The position numbers were made by a program, and so were the translations under genes. Under the pieces are notes generated by a model. That model saw only the letters and a program-made list of their open reading frames with translations, had not been told where the DNA came from and searched no databases. A stretch of DNA of 64,000 bases from Nymphaea colorata. Its lineage: Eukaryota. Positions within the stretch are counted from its first letter, which is position 1. Every line of letters starts with the position of its first letter. The stretch spans positions 11,718,001-11,782,000 of the forward strand of contig NC_045138.2 of NCBI RefSeq assembly GCF_008831285.2, given 5' to 3'. Of the stretch, positions 45,565 through 59,395 are shown piece by piece.

Positions 45565-46645
45565 GGGTGCGTTAACGTGGTAAATTTATCATGGTAAATT
45601 TTTCTGAAAAAAAAAACAGGATGAAATTTAACCCTCTTCCGATTTGAGGTCATGTTTGATGCATAGAAAGAATTTAACCAGATAAATTTAACCCTGTTTG
45701 ATGCAGAAGGAAAAATTTAACTTGGTAAATTTAACCATGTTTGATGCACATGGTAGAAAATTTATGGGACTTTTTTCAGATCTGTAACAAGTTGATTGAA
45801 AAATGGTCTTCCAAAAGAAAAAAATGTCTACACCTATGCCCTATGGCTGAAAACAATAAACCATCCACCATGTCACTTGAGATGAGGCAAAGCTCTGTTG
45901 TATGACAACATTAAGGCCCTTCAAGAAGAACCCAACGCATTCAAGCCAACGATGAAAAATAACTTCTGCAGTCGAACTTGATTCACAAACAACAACATTC
46001 CATTCACATCATAAATAACAATTGCTAATATTCATTCATGTCATAAAGACCCATTACTAATGATTAAGTAGAAAATACAACTGAAAAAATATGTTACGGC
46101 AACAGAGAAAGGGAGAAAAGGAGGGCATTAGAGAGCAAGAGAGAAAGGGAGAAAAGGAGGGCATTAGAGAGCAAGAGAGAAAGGGAGAAAGAGAGGAAGG
46201 GAGATGCCATACAACCTGCGAGCGACAAGCCGTTTGCTGTGTGACAGTGAAGAGGCCACTGATTAGGGAGAAGATGAGGGCATGAGAGAGCACGAGAGAC
46301 AGGGGGAAAGATCACCAGAGAAAGGTGAAGATCACCGGCAGAGATGCAGAGCGGCGACCGTCAGTGCGAAGACGGTGGGAGTGGCCAAAGACAGTGAGCG
46401 AGGAGGAGCTGCGGGCCGAGGGAGGAAATGAGGGGGAAAGTGGAGCGGGGGGGGGGAGGAATCCATCGAGCGGGTCTCGAGCCCCGGGGGAGGGGGGGGG
46501 GATCCATCGAGCGGGTGAAATTCCACCCGCTCATGTTACGCGTTAAATGGGATGAATTGCACCCCGTTTGACGCAAGTTTAGGTCGGGTGGGTGAAATTT
46601 CACCTGACCGTACGGTTTTTTTCAAAAAATCAGAATTCACCCCCT
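45565..46645. mobile_element. Putative non-autonomous PIF/Harbinger-like element
   Basis: Starts TTA|GGGTGCGTT; repeated GTTTGATGCA/GTAAATTTAAC motifs near the left end and GTTTGACGCA/GTGAAATT near the right; 36-bp GA-rich tandem repeat at ~46105-46190; TIR match imperfect. Confidence 0.35.
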
Positions 46646-47373
46646 TAAGGAAGGAGGGGAGTCATTTTCAAAGGATTAGAAGTCTACATGAAGTTTTAAT
46701 GGTCTACATTTTAAACTTTTTACTGAAGGTTATAAGTCTGGTAATCATTTTTAAAGGACGATTAAGATTATTGATTACCCCCTCCACCCTTTAAGGAGGA
46801 CGGCTAGACCTCCCATCTATGTATTATTTTATTTAATAAAACTTTGAATTATGTATGAGATTCAAATAACTTTGATAAAAAAATTAAAATACAGAAAAAA
46901 TAAATTTACTTATATATATAATATATCCCAAATGTTTTTGAAACTTACCTATATATCTAGGTGCATACTGGCAGCCATGTCACATAAGCTTACAGTTGCC
47001 GCTTGCATCATTGGTCTTGGGAAAAATTCAAAAATAGTAACCTTTATCTAACCTAAGGCAAGTAGATCCAGCCTTCTCCTGGTAAGGGAGTCAGCATCAA
47101 GTTGGCTTTCTCCACCTTTGTCCATGTAGCCACTAATTGCAACATATCATGACTAAGCATCACTGCTTCCAACTGGCTTTTCCACAGTTGGTAGTTATCT
47201 CAGTAAAGTTTTATTGAAACAAGACTAGCTGTGGTATTCCATTGAGTATTGGACCGTGAGGAGACCATAACAGTAGTTTACGAAATTGTGGAAGGATGGA
47301 CAATCTTTTAAAAAAATATATCATTTGAAAGAAAGCTTTGGTACAATTAAAGAGAGCCAAATAATGACATTGA

Positions 47374-47535
47374 GGCTTCGTTTGGCAAAAAAAAGAAAAA
47401 CAGTATAAAATTGTTCCATTAATATGTATGTAAGATTAGGGAAGATTCTTAGAACATCTTAAAAGTTTTTATTTTTTTTTTTGAAATCTTCCTTTATGAA
47501 TCATTTTGTAACTGTTTTACTTGCCAAACGGGCCC
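47374..47535. mobile_element. Tourist-like (PIF/Harbinger) MITE, 162 bp
   Basis: TIRs GGCTTCGTTTGGCAA / (rc) GGGCCCGTTTGGCAA; 3-bp TSD TGA on both sides. Confidence 0.8.
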
Positions 47536-48204
47536 TGAAAGAAGGATGGTAGGTTGAGAAAATCAGTCATGGACTGTCATACGTATACCAAAAAAAATAA
47601 AGAGGAAACAAAAGTACAAAATATGATGAGTTGCACAATCTCGTGACAGACTCTAATATATAGCGGATGGTACACAACAGACAACTATGGTAGGTAATAG
47701 TCTGCTTAGCTAGCTAGCTAGCTTCCTTTGTCGTTATACTTGTGACTGCTACAGATCACCTTGACCCTTGTCCTTTACAAACCAGACTATGAAATTCTTC
47801 AGACACTGCCCATGGTAGGGGAACACGCATAGACCATGACACGCAAAAATAATTTCCTCTCCTGCACACGTAGCTCGATAAAGGGAGACATCTCGGTTGA
47901 GAATCAACACGAAAACACTTGCATCAAAGAACGAAATTCATATTCCCAAAGAGTCAGTTTACCTCGAAATAACGAGCAAATGGATTCAATAAATATTCTA
48001 CATCCAATGCCCTTACATTTTGAAAATCGGCAGGACTTAGTTTGAAATTTCGACTCGGATGTGATTTTAAAAATCGAATTCGATTCAGATTGTGAAATCA
48101 TATTTTAGATTCAGATTCAGACATAACTTTTCTTTAATAAGAATATGTGAATATCTGAAAAAACAGAATATGTGAATATGTAAATATGTGTGCGTGCGTG
48201 TGTG

Positions 48205-51203
48205 TTACACCCTCAGCCATTCAGTGGAGGCCGTACTCTCTTTCAAGGGTCTGAGGCAGTTCACAATGCAGGTAGAGAATATTTTAGTGAGCTTTTTAGG
48301 GATGATAATAATGCTGATGCTTCATTTGAGAACGTTAGTTTCGGCCCAGCTGTGACTAAAGCTAAAAAAGACATTTTAAGAGGGCATGTCAGCGAACAGG
48401 AGATTTGGGAAGCGATTAGAGCCATGAAGGATAATAAGGCCCCAGGACCAGATGGATATACGGTGGAATTCTTTTAGACTTATTGGGATATAGTCAAGCA
48501 TGAGGTCTGTGCTGCAGCTATGGACTCTTTTAAAGCAGGAAAATTTGTAAGGAAAATTAATCGCACCCACTTGGTTCTCGTTCCAAAAAAGCAAAATGCA
48601 GTAAGTATTACTGAGTTCCGTCCAATAGCCCAATGCAATGTGATTTACAAGACGATCTCGAAAATCATGGTGAACAGGATGAAAGGAGTTGTGGTTAGAA
48701 TTGTAAATGCAGACCAGGGTGCATTTATCCCAGGTCGGGTGATTCAAGACCAACTTTTACTTGTCCATGAGCTTATGCATAGTCTGGAGAGGTCCCATGG
48801 TCCCTCGGTAGGTTTAAAACTAGATGTCACTAAAAGCGCATGATAAAGTTAGATGGCCGTTCCTTGAGACAGCATTACGGAAGTTGGGAGTTTGTGAGGA
48901 ATGGATAAAGAAGATAAGGATTTGTGTATCGTTGGTGAGCTTTGCTTTACTGCTGAATAGAAGAGAAGAGAGATTCTTTGATGAGTCATGGGGTTTGAGA
49001 CAGGGGGATCCGATGTCTCCTCTGCTTTATATCATGATTGTATAACTTTTTTCCAAGAAACTGAGATGGGAAAGAGACCACAAGCAGATTATTTTGCCAA
49101 GATTTATTGAAAACAAACTGTTAAATCCTTGACCATTTTTTGCAGATGATATGGTTGTCTTTTGTAAGGCGGAGTGGACGTCTATTCTAAGAGTTAAAGA
49201 TGTATTAAATGAGTCCGGAGAGAAAGTAGGTTTGTGGATCAATCATAGGAAGTCAGCTGTTATTGCGTTTAATGTTGAACCCAACTTGCATGATGCAATT
49301 ATCAATATGCTGAGATGGTTGAAAGCTACCCTTCCACTGACATACTTAGGCTTGCCTCTGTTTGTGGGGAAGTTAAATGTTAATCTATGTCAGGCTTTGT
49401 TCAGCAGGGTGGAAAATCGGTTAGCATCATGAAAAAGCAAATTATTGTCTGTGGCTGGAAGGGTGTGTTTGGTTATTCATGTAATCAACCAAAGCATTGG
49501 ATACTGGTCCATGGCATTTCAGCTGCCGAAGGAGGTGGTTAACAAACTGGCATGAGAAAGCTGCCTGTTTTTTTTGGATGGATGGTGATAGTGGAAGAAA
49601 GTTACATTTACTGAACAGGCAGACAATGTGCTATCCTAAGGAGGAGGTGGGGCAGGTCTTGTAAACTTGTGGTTTTCTAATAAAGCAAATATGGCTTTTT
49701 TGGCAGTCAAGGCTACGGTATCAAACTCTCTTTGTGCAGAATTTGTGAGAAAGAAGTATATGAGGGAGAATAGTTTGTGGTCCTGTAAAACTAATTCGAA
49801 TTGGTCTTGGAGCTGGAAAGGGATAGAATGGGGTTGGGAGGAGATTGGGTTCATGGTGCGATGGGAAGAATGGCTCTACTGCTAAATTCTGGACAGAGCA
49901 TTGGGATTGGGGTGTGTTGAAGTATTTACTCGACAATAATGATATTCAACTGGGGAGAAACTTGCTAGGGTGTACTGTTCATCAGATGAGTAGGAATCAT
50001 GGTGAATTTCTTCAAAATTTAAGATCGCCTTGGATTAAACAGATAATATCCTCATTGGAGTAGAGGCAAGGAAAAGCTAACGTTTGGAAGTGAAGACTTG
50101 CCGAAATTTAAAAGAAGTCAAATTTATGGGAAAATCAGACCTAGTAGCAGGGAACAACATCAGTTCCAAATGATTTGAAAAAATATCGCGATTCCTAGGG
50201 CTAAATGGACTCTCTTGTTGGCAGTCAAGAATAGATTGGCTTCTCAAGATCGACTGCAACAAATGGAGATTTCACTTGCAAATAGATGTACTGTGTGCAA
50301 AGTAAAGACATAATCCAATAGGCATTTAGTTTCAAGATGTCTTGTAGCGATGTCTGTCTGGAGATTCTTTGAGCATAAATTTGCTAAGCATATATATCTC
50401 AAAGAAACAATGAGCGACACTTGGAACTGGTGACTGAGCCAAAAGTTCAAGATCAGGTAGCTGACGTAGTGTTGGTTGACAGCTTTTCCCATGACCATCT
50501 GGGGTATATGGAAAAATCGGAATGAGATGTTTCATGATACTAAAACCAGGAGGGAAGGACTACAGTATAAACTCTCAGAAGATTTGGAAAATTGATACTG
50601 TATTGCTCCTTGGAGTGAAAGATAATAGAGAGGAGCTAGAGGTATCTGGTTGGGGTTTAGGATTCGTCCAGGTCCTTGGCCTGCCTTCATGAAGGAAGGG
50701 TGGTGCTTCTCATCTATTAGTAGTGAATGGAGAGGAAAGCAAAAACTAGTGGAGTTATAAGGAAGCATGATTGGCAATGTTTGTTTGTAGGGATTAGCTG
50801 GATGCCCACTTGGCACGGATGGAGTGTAGAGGAGGTGCTGCAATGGCTACTATTGAAATTCCCACTTCTGACTGGTATGAACAGGGTTGGCCACTAGGCC
50901 TTGTGAATGGAGGCAGGCAGCACGCCTTTGGACTGGGAAGGGAAGGGGCTCTGGTTGCTTAAGCAACAGAGTATTACGGCTGTGGGTGAGTGAGCTGTGC
51001 CCTGACTCAAGGACTGTAAAACCGCTTAACAAGGACATCATGTATAATTCTGGGGTTATGAAGGACAACATGCCTGGCGACTAGTGCCATTCTTTTGGCT
51101 CTTGGTAGGTGGTTAGTTTTTTCTTTTGTTTGTTGATTTGTTGTATTTTTTAATTGTTTCTCAATAAAGTTGGGGAGCAACCTCCCAGCAAGTTTGCATC
51201 AAA
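48205..51203 (+). mobile_element. 5'-truncated L1-type LINE (ORF2 RT, zf-RVT region), decayed
   Basis: KAPGPDG..VEFF, FRPIAQCNVIYKTISK, QGAFIPGR.IQD, GLRQGDPMSPLL, FADD, YLGLPL, KFWTEHW, DRLQQ..CTVC; AATAAA near 51164 and a short A tail at ~51200; many stops. Confidence 0.9.
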
Positions 51204-52075
51204 ACTACCTGATCCCTGGACACGGTCGCCTCCACCAAAGCTTACTAGAAATGCACAAGTACTGCTATAACCTGCAAGGCATGAATGCCCTACAAAGAAT
51301 GACCACTGCTAAAAGCAAATCACCCTATAACCATCTTTTCCATTTAGTAGAATTAGATCACACTCTGATAGCAACATCTCTGTCAATGGCGTTAAGCCAT
51401 CACATCAGCAAGAATCGATGATTCCAAGAGCCTTCTACTGACCTGGCCCCTCCCAACAGCAAAACATCTCTGTACCACAACCCCATCCACCCAAAGCATC
51501 ATCGCACAGGCCTTAGACTTAACAGAAGTTTTGGAGGTAATCTCAACAATCCACCCATTCCAGTCATTAATTAACCAGAAGGGGGAGACAATTCCATACT
51601 TCGGCCAAAGAACAACATGTTTGGCCTCTGCAGACCACTTCTGCTTCAAAAAGACTTCAACACAACCATGCCAACCTGGTACTCAACACCCCTAAAAGAT
51701 ACCATTCCAGAATCATGAACAGTCAGATTGCGAAGGTGCCAAATACACCAAACCGCAATGTTAAAGCAAAGGACCACCAAAGGCACAACCCTTTGCAGTC
51801 GAACGCCTATGGTTCCACCACACCATCTCCGAACAAAAATCCCCAAGTGGGATCTGGTGCACTCCAAACCAGGATACAATTAATCTCCAAATCCGCACAA
51901 CCACCAGGCACGTAACAAGAGATGGTTCTGATCCTTGTTAGCTTTTGCAGAGTTGGCATTGAGAGGGACAATGAAAAACCAAACCTTTGCAGCCTACCAT
52001 CAGTGAGCAGTCGATTAAAGCTTCTAACATAGGCAAATCAATTGAATTATGCCTCACTCATTCTAACTCCCTTAA

Positions 52076-55000
52076 TGATAGAAATCTGGCACCAATATGT
52101 GTAACTAAAAATCTGTATTCCTGCAGGAAGATAGAAAGAGAGAATGAGACAGGGAGAGGGTGAGGAGAAGAGGCCATGACCAGGATGGTCTACATGGCCC
52201 ATATTTATAATCCTCAAACAATTACAATTGTTGAATCCTAAGAGATTTTAACCGCAGAATCCTAGGAGACTTCTCACATATCACAAGGACATAGAACAGT
52301 GCAACACAGTTTACAAGAACTCAGAATACAAGGACATAGAATGACATGAGACATTGTTCAACGTGCTGGATTTTGGATCCAAAGGTAAGATCTGAAAATG
52401 TTTGACACCCTCCCTCAAGCTGTGCATGGATTTGAACCATGAATAGCTTGCACTTCAAAAACCAGAACCGATACTTTGTCAGTCCTTTAGTAAATATGTC
52501 AACAGCTTGTTCATTAGTTCCAATGAAGACTGATTCTATCTCTTTATTCTCTACCTTCTGCTTGATTAAAGGATGGTTAATCTCAATGTGTTTTGTTCGG
52601 CCATGTTGTAGATGATTAAAAGCAACGTTGATGGCGCTTTGGTTGTCACACATTAGTACTGAGCTTTTATTTTTTTTTCTTATATCTTCTAGCAAGTGTC
52701 GAATCCAAGTCCCTTCTACCGTCCTTGCAGCCATACATTGTATTCAACCTCTATACTTGATTTTGCAATTGCTCTCTGTATAGATCTTCTTTTGTCTGGA
52801 TCACCAGCCAAATCAGCGTCAGTATACGTGATTAATTCATGACCAACAACTTCATTCTCACTTCTACAATACACTAACCCATCTCCAACAGTTCCCTTGA
52901 GATACCTTAGTATCTTTTTAACTGCATTCATATGTGTGTCTCGAGATACATGCATAAATTGAGACACTTGATTTACTGCATAGGTAATATCAGGTCTGGT
53001 AAATGTTAAATATTACAAAACACCAATAATACTGCGATATTTGGTGGGGTTTTCATATGTTTCCCATCATTTAAACTCATCATTTGGTTCAGAATACTAG
53101 GTATTTCAGCAGGCTTACAATCTATCATGCATGTTCTATCCAATAGGTCAAGAGTATATTTCTGTTGTGTCAAGGTAAGACGATCTCCTTGCCTATCAAT
53201 TTCAACCCCAAGGAAATATCGTAAGCTTCCAAGATCTTTCATCTTAAAGTTTCTCATTAATAGGCCCTTTAGCTCATTAAAATGTTTCTCTGAGCTCCCT
53301 GTAATGATGATGTCATCAACATATACAAGGAGGAGGGTAGTAACATTTTCTTTCTTGAAATAAAAAGGGAATGGTCGAGAGGACTGTTTCAAAATCCGTA
53401 TTCCTTAATTTTGTTTGAAAAACTGCCAAACCATGACTGTGATGCTTGCTTAAGTCCATACAGAGATTCTTTTCAGTTTGCAAACCCATTCACTAGTCTT
53501 TTTCTATAAAACCAGGAGGTTACTCCATGAAAATTTCTTCCTTCAAGTCACCATGAAAGAAAGCATTTTTAACGTCTAATTGATTTAGCTTCCATCCATA
53601 TTTAACAACAAGGAATATAATCGCGCGAATGGTTCCCATTTTGATTACGGGACTGAACGCCTCATCATAATCATGCCCAAACTATTGTGTAAATCCTTTT
53701 GCTACCAACCTTACTTTGCATCTTTCTATGCTAACGTCAGGTTTGTATTTGATTTTGTATACCCACTTGGAGCCCACTATGTTCTTTCCACAATCTCCCA
53801 TGTTCCACATTCATGCAAGACATCCATTTCTTCTCTCATAGCCATTCTTCAATGATGTGATTTTGGTGTTTGATCAAATGAAATAGGTTCTTCCTTCTTG
53901 CTCACTTTTGTCATGAATAACTGAAAATGAAGTGATAAAGAATCATAGCTAACCCACCTGCAAATAGGATGGCGAATGCATTGGGATCTTATAAGATGGG
54001 GCATGTTGTCTTCTTGACTATGAACATTTTTGTTCCTTAGTCGTCGATTATTGTAAATAATACCCGACTACAAATGTGAATTGTTGTTTTGCTCTCCATT
54101 ATTACTTCTGTGATCACTTGATGATTATATTGGACCCTCTTGATTTTCACTCTAAGGCACATCATGTGACTGTATTGATCTCTCTCGATCTTCACCCTGA
54201 GGCACATCATTTTGTGAAATAGGATCTACATTGAATAACTGTGTATTGGTCTAGGGATCATAAGATTCAATGGTCATAGGCATTTCATTAGTATTATCAA
54301 AATTATGCTAATCAAAAGTAACAATGCTTGACGTCTTTGATAAGTTTAGTTGTTGGATCATAGCAACGAAATCCTTTGTATTCATCAGCATATCAAATGA
54401 ATCTACAGTGAATATTTTGTCTTGAAACTTGTTCCTTAAGGCAACATCAACGTGAACATAGTATACACACCCAGAAACCTTCAATTTCTTATAATCAGGT
54501 TGTTTGCCTAAGAGTGTGAAATATGGAGATTTAGACATCAAGAGTGTCATAGGCAAATAATTTATTATGTATACAGCTGTATGGAAGGCTTTAGTCCATA
54601 AGAAAATGGGCACATTAGTATCATGCATCATGCTCATAGCGCTTTCAACTATGTGTCGATGTTTGCGCTCAACTACACCACTTTGTTGTGGTGTGTAAAG
54701 GCAGGAGATTTGTCTGGTTATCCATTTTTCATCTAGAAATTCAATAAATCAAGTGAGGAATATTCTCCTCCACTATCACATTGAAAATGCACCACATTGT
54801 ATGAAAATTTGGTTTGAATCATAGCATAGAATTTCCGAAATATGTGGAATACTTCTGATTTGTGTTTCATAAAGTAAATTCAAATGAAACGTGAGTAAGA
54901 GTCAATGAAAAAGACATAATATCGTGAACCATACATAGAATCAATAGGGCTGGCCCCCAAACATGATAAAAATAGTTTCAAAAGGTTTGGAAGCTCTTTG

Positions 55001-56705
55001 ATTTATATTATGGAAAGGTAAAACATGACTTACAAAGTTCACAGTTTGAACATTTTTGACACTTGAAGTAAGAGGTAAACTTGATCTTAGAATAAGACTA
55101 TCTGTGGCAAGTTTTTCAATAAAATGTCAACCACAATGTCCCAGCTGATTATGCCAGAGATTAGATTCCAAAATTGGTTAGAACCCCTTACTTTTGATTG
55201 GAAATGGCAAGGACTTGGAACTGACGATGCATCATGGGAAAGAGAAAATGTCTTCAATCCTATATCAAAGGTGGACGAATCTTTGAGTAGACATTCGTTG
55301 TGGACATACGTATTCCCTTGACACTCCCCTTTAGCGAAGATTTTCTTCGTTTGGAGGTCCTTGACATAGACAAAAGGTGTGAATTCAACAAAAGAGTTTG
55401 TATCATCAATGAGTTTAGAAATGGATATGATATTTTTTCTGATATTGCAAGCAAGAACAACATTAAACAATGATAGAAAGGAAGATGACAATGGAATATG
55501 TGCATTTCCAATATGTGTAATGGAACAAAATTTTCCATCACCTATTATAACGCAATTTCTACCCTAGTGAGGGGATAAGTTAGTCAACTTACTTGCATTT
55601 CTTGTCACACGGGTAGCTGCACTTGAATCCAAGAACCATTCTCATTGCTCATTTTGTTTTATAGTTATCTTGGAGAGTGCGGCCATCAATAGATGCTGCA
55701 TATCTTCCGTGGTAGAGGTTGAACCTTTGCTCATATTCTGAAATTCTTTCTTTAAGTACATAATCCGTGCTTCTGATATTTGAGAAAATGTATCAACAAG
55801 AGTTACACATAATAATTCCATAGTACAACCATCAGAAACTGAAAGTAGCACTTGTTGAGATAAAGTAGACAAAATATATGCAACCAGACTTTGGTCGCGT
55901 CTCATCCCAACAACATGTTCAGGGTTGCTATTTTCTTGAACAACAATGTCCTCTCCTACCTCATTTTTTATTTCTTGCATAATAGACTTTGGTGGTGCCT
56001 TTGTTGAACCATCGAGATGCCCAAAGAGGCCTTAACTCCTTATAGAAGGCATGATCTGCCTTTTCCAGTTTAGATAATTTTCATGGTGAGGAAGAAAATT
56101 TGACATACCAGAATGTGAAAGGTTTTTCATGAGAGCAGAAAAGAAGGCTATACAAGTAGAAAATAAGAGGAGAAAAAGAGAACAGATAAGAGGAGAAAAA
56201 GAGAACATGATATAACAAGAGGTGCCCCTTGGTAAACAAGAAGAAGGTTTGTATAGAAGGACAAGAATTACGCAAGACAAAAGTGAATAGTCAAGATAGA
56301 GACAAGATGAGAAAAGAGTTCTAACCATATCAGACTTGTTTGGGCATTCCGTTAGGTAGAAATAGCGAAACGTTGCTCTGATACCAAGATAGAAATCTGG
56401 CACCAATATGTATAACTAAAAATCTCAGGAAGAGAGAGAAAATGAGACAAGGAGAGGCTGAGGAGAAGAGGCCGTGATCAGGATGGTCTACATGACCCAC
56501 ATTTATAATACTCAAACAGTTACAATTGCTAAATCTTAAGAGACTCTTCAATCGCAGAATCCTAAGAGACTTCTCACATATCACAAGAACATAGAATACT
56601 GCAACACAGTTTACAAGAACGTAGGACATAAAATGACGTGAGACATTGTTCAATGTGCTGGATTTTGGATCCAGATGGAACATCTGAAAATCTTATTGTT
56701 CAACA
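52076..56705 (-). mobile_element. Ty1/Copia LTR retrotransposon 'C', same family as Copia A, older and with a gag deletion
   Basis: LTRs 56387-56705 (5') and 52076-52407 (3'); TSD CTTAA (52071-52075, 56706-56710); PBS rc GCTCTGATACCA at 56375-56386; PPT GAGGGAGGG. Peptides are nearly colinear with Copia A ([35 protein letters not shown]). Confidence 0.95.
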
Positions 56706-59395
56706 CTTAATTCTTCTCAGAGACCAAATTTGTTTCCTTGATTGCATTTTCTGATGAGAATCACGCCAAACTAAAACATCATCACCTTGAGAAAGCACAA
56801 TCGAACATGTTAAGGAAACCTCTTGAAGACCTCGCCGTCTCATACCCCCTCCTTGAAACGATTCATAGCATCCTTAATTAAAACATCTAACTGAATCGCT
56901 GGATCACCATAGTTATCAATAGAAAGCAAATTAACCAGCGCTTCTTCCCTCCAAGGGTCTAACCAAAACTTGACTTTCTCACCATTACTAACCCGCCAGA
57001 CCACCTCCCCACGAATTTTCCTCCATGCCCATAGTAAATCCTTCCACAAAGGCGAGCCTTTACTCTCATACTCTTTATTCCAAAAGCCTTTGTTGCTTAA
57101 ATACTGTTTGTCTACAAATCGATGCCCATCCTCTAGCATCTTGCAGCTCAAGAATGCCAAGTTAGCAATATTGACTTCAGCAATTTTTCAGATGCCTATT
57201 CATCAATAGGCAGAGACAAAAGTTCCCATGAAATTAAATGCATTCTTTTGCCCAAATCTGTATCTCCCCATAAGAATTTTCATAAGAATTTTCATATTAG
57301 TTCTTCATCTTCTTCATGTCTCCAAGACCACACTTCAAATTTAAAACCCAATAACCAGGGATAACAGCCATAACTGTCTTAATAAGACATATACGACCAA
57401 CATAAGATAACATACACCCCTTCCAAGAGCACAGTCTTCTATGCGACTTCAAAAGAATAGGGTCCCAATCTGAAACCTGCAAACGATTAGGAGAAAGTGG
57501 TACGCCGAGGTACCTGGTGGGAAAAGAACCTTGCTTCCAACCAATGATACTCTCAATCATTTCCATCACTCTTGGTGAACCTACAAATAGAAAAAACACT
57601 ATCTTCTCATTATTAATTAACATCCCACCTGCTATTTCCATTTCAGCAAACACCCTCATGATTCATTGAATCGATTCCTAGTGGTTTTAGAGGAAATCAA
57701 TACGTCATTAGCATATAATACTAAAGATATACTGTTGATACCCCAGCCCAAATTAGGAACTTCCACCTGTTTAGAGACGATAGCAACTTGTAACCTTCTT
57801 GAAAAATGCCCATAACAATAAAAAATAGGTATGGCAACAATGGACCGCCTTGACGCAGTCCACGCCAATCAAAAAAATTGACCATCTACCATTTAATGAA
57901 AAGCGTAAGATGCATTCCTAACACAAACCATTATGCTGATGGAAACCAAAATAAAGAAGAGCTTGTTCAAGGAAGTTCCAATTAATTCTCTCATAAGCTT
58001 TCAAAGATCTACCTTTGCACATAAAGCTGCAGATCTGCCTCTGGCCAAAGAATGGACCACTTCATGCGTTGGCAAATAAGTATGCTGAATGCTCATGCCC
58101 TCAAGGAATGCACCTTGATGATTTGAAATCAGCCTTCCTAAAATAGGGTTCATTCTAGACACCATAATTCTGCAAATGAACTGAAGCACACTATTTTCCA
58201 GCCTATAGTCTGAAATATTCCGAACCTCATTCATCCTGGGAATTAGCACTAAATGTCTCCTACCCAATCTCATCACAAATATGCAATTCTTAAAACAGTT
58301 TTGAATACACCAATGATGTCCCAAAGGTTTTGGAAAAAGCAATTACAGAATCCATTAGGCCTTGGAGAAATTTCGGACTTAGCACTCATAAATGCCATCC
58401 ACACCTCCTCCTCACTCCTCAGTCACCGATTTTAGTAACATGTCATTCTCCTCAGTCAACAAAACCCTACTATCCCACCAAATATTATTTGGCAAGTACC
58501 GTGAAGACTAGTCAGTAGTAAAAAGGGGCCTGAAATAGTTAAAACAAGCATTTTGGATATATTCAACCTCAAAGAACGATCATTCATCTGTGGAAATATC
58601 AAAAATTTGTTTTTTCTGAAATCTGCCCTTAGCAAACTCATAGAAGAACACTATGTTTGCATCCCTGCCTTGAGCCATTGCACCTAGATCGTTACTTCCA
58701 CATCAGTTCCTCCTCTTCCAATGCTTGGAGAAGATCTTGACGAATCTGCAAATCTGTATCAGACCATTTTGTTGAACCTACGTCTCATCTACATTGATGA
58801 TTCGCAAGGTCTTTTTGCAGTTTTTTCACACAAGCATCCACACAACCCACACCTAGAGTGCTCCATCCTGCATCTTTTTAACTAAACCTTTAACTCTACA
58901 GTCTTCTTCCTAACCACAACCCGGCAACTCAACCATTTCTAGCTCATCATCCACACGATCACATGCCATATTCCCTCCATCTAAGACCCCCACTGTGTCC
59001 CCGTTCCAATTTATAGAAGGGCCTAGATCGTCTCCATCACAAGCCAACTAAACCTCCGTCAATTCAGTCCTCTCACCCTCCGCCTTGCATTGGTCCATAG
59101 GACCGATCTCATTGAGAGCCCTCTCACCATATTCCCGAGCATCTTCCTCTAAAATAGCAAAAGAATCGTCCTGCATGACCCCCACACCTTTCTCCATCCC
59201 ATCCCAACGCGGCTTCCGTTTACTTGACATTCTACCAACCATTGTCAACTACCTCCTTCGTCGTCGACTCAGAATCCCATCTAGGGCAAGTCTCTACCCC
59301 ATACGACATTGCACCACACAGGGTACAAAACTTGATCTTGGACTCGTATTCACCAAATTGCTCAATAGTTTGCCCATCATCAACCACACAAACAG

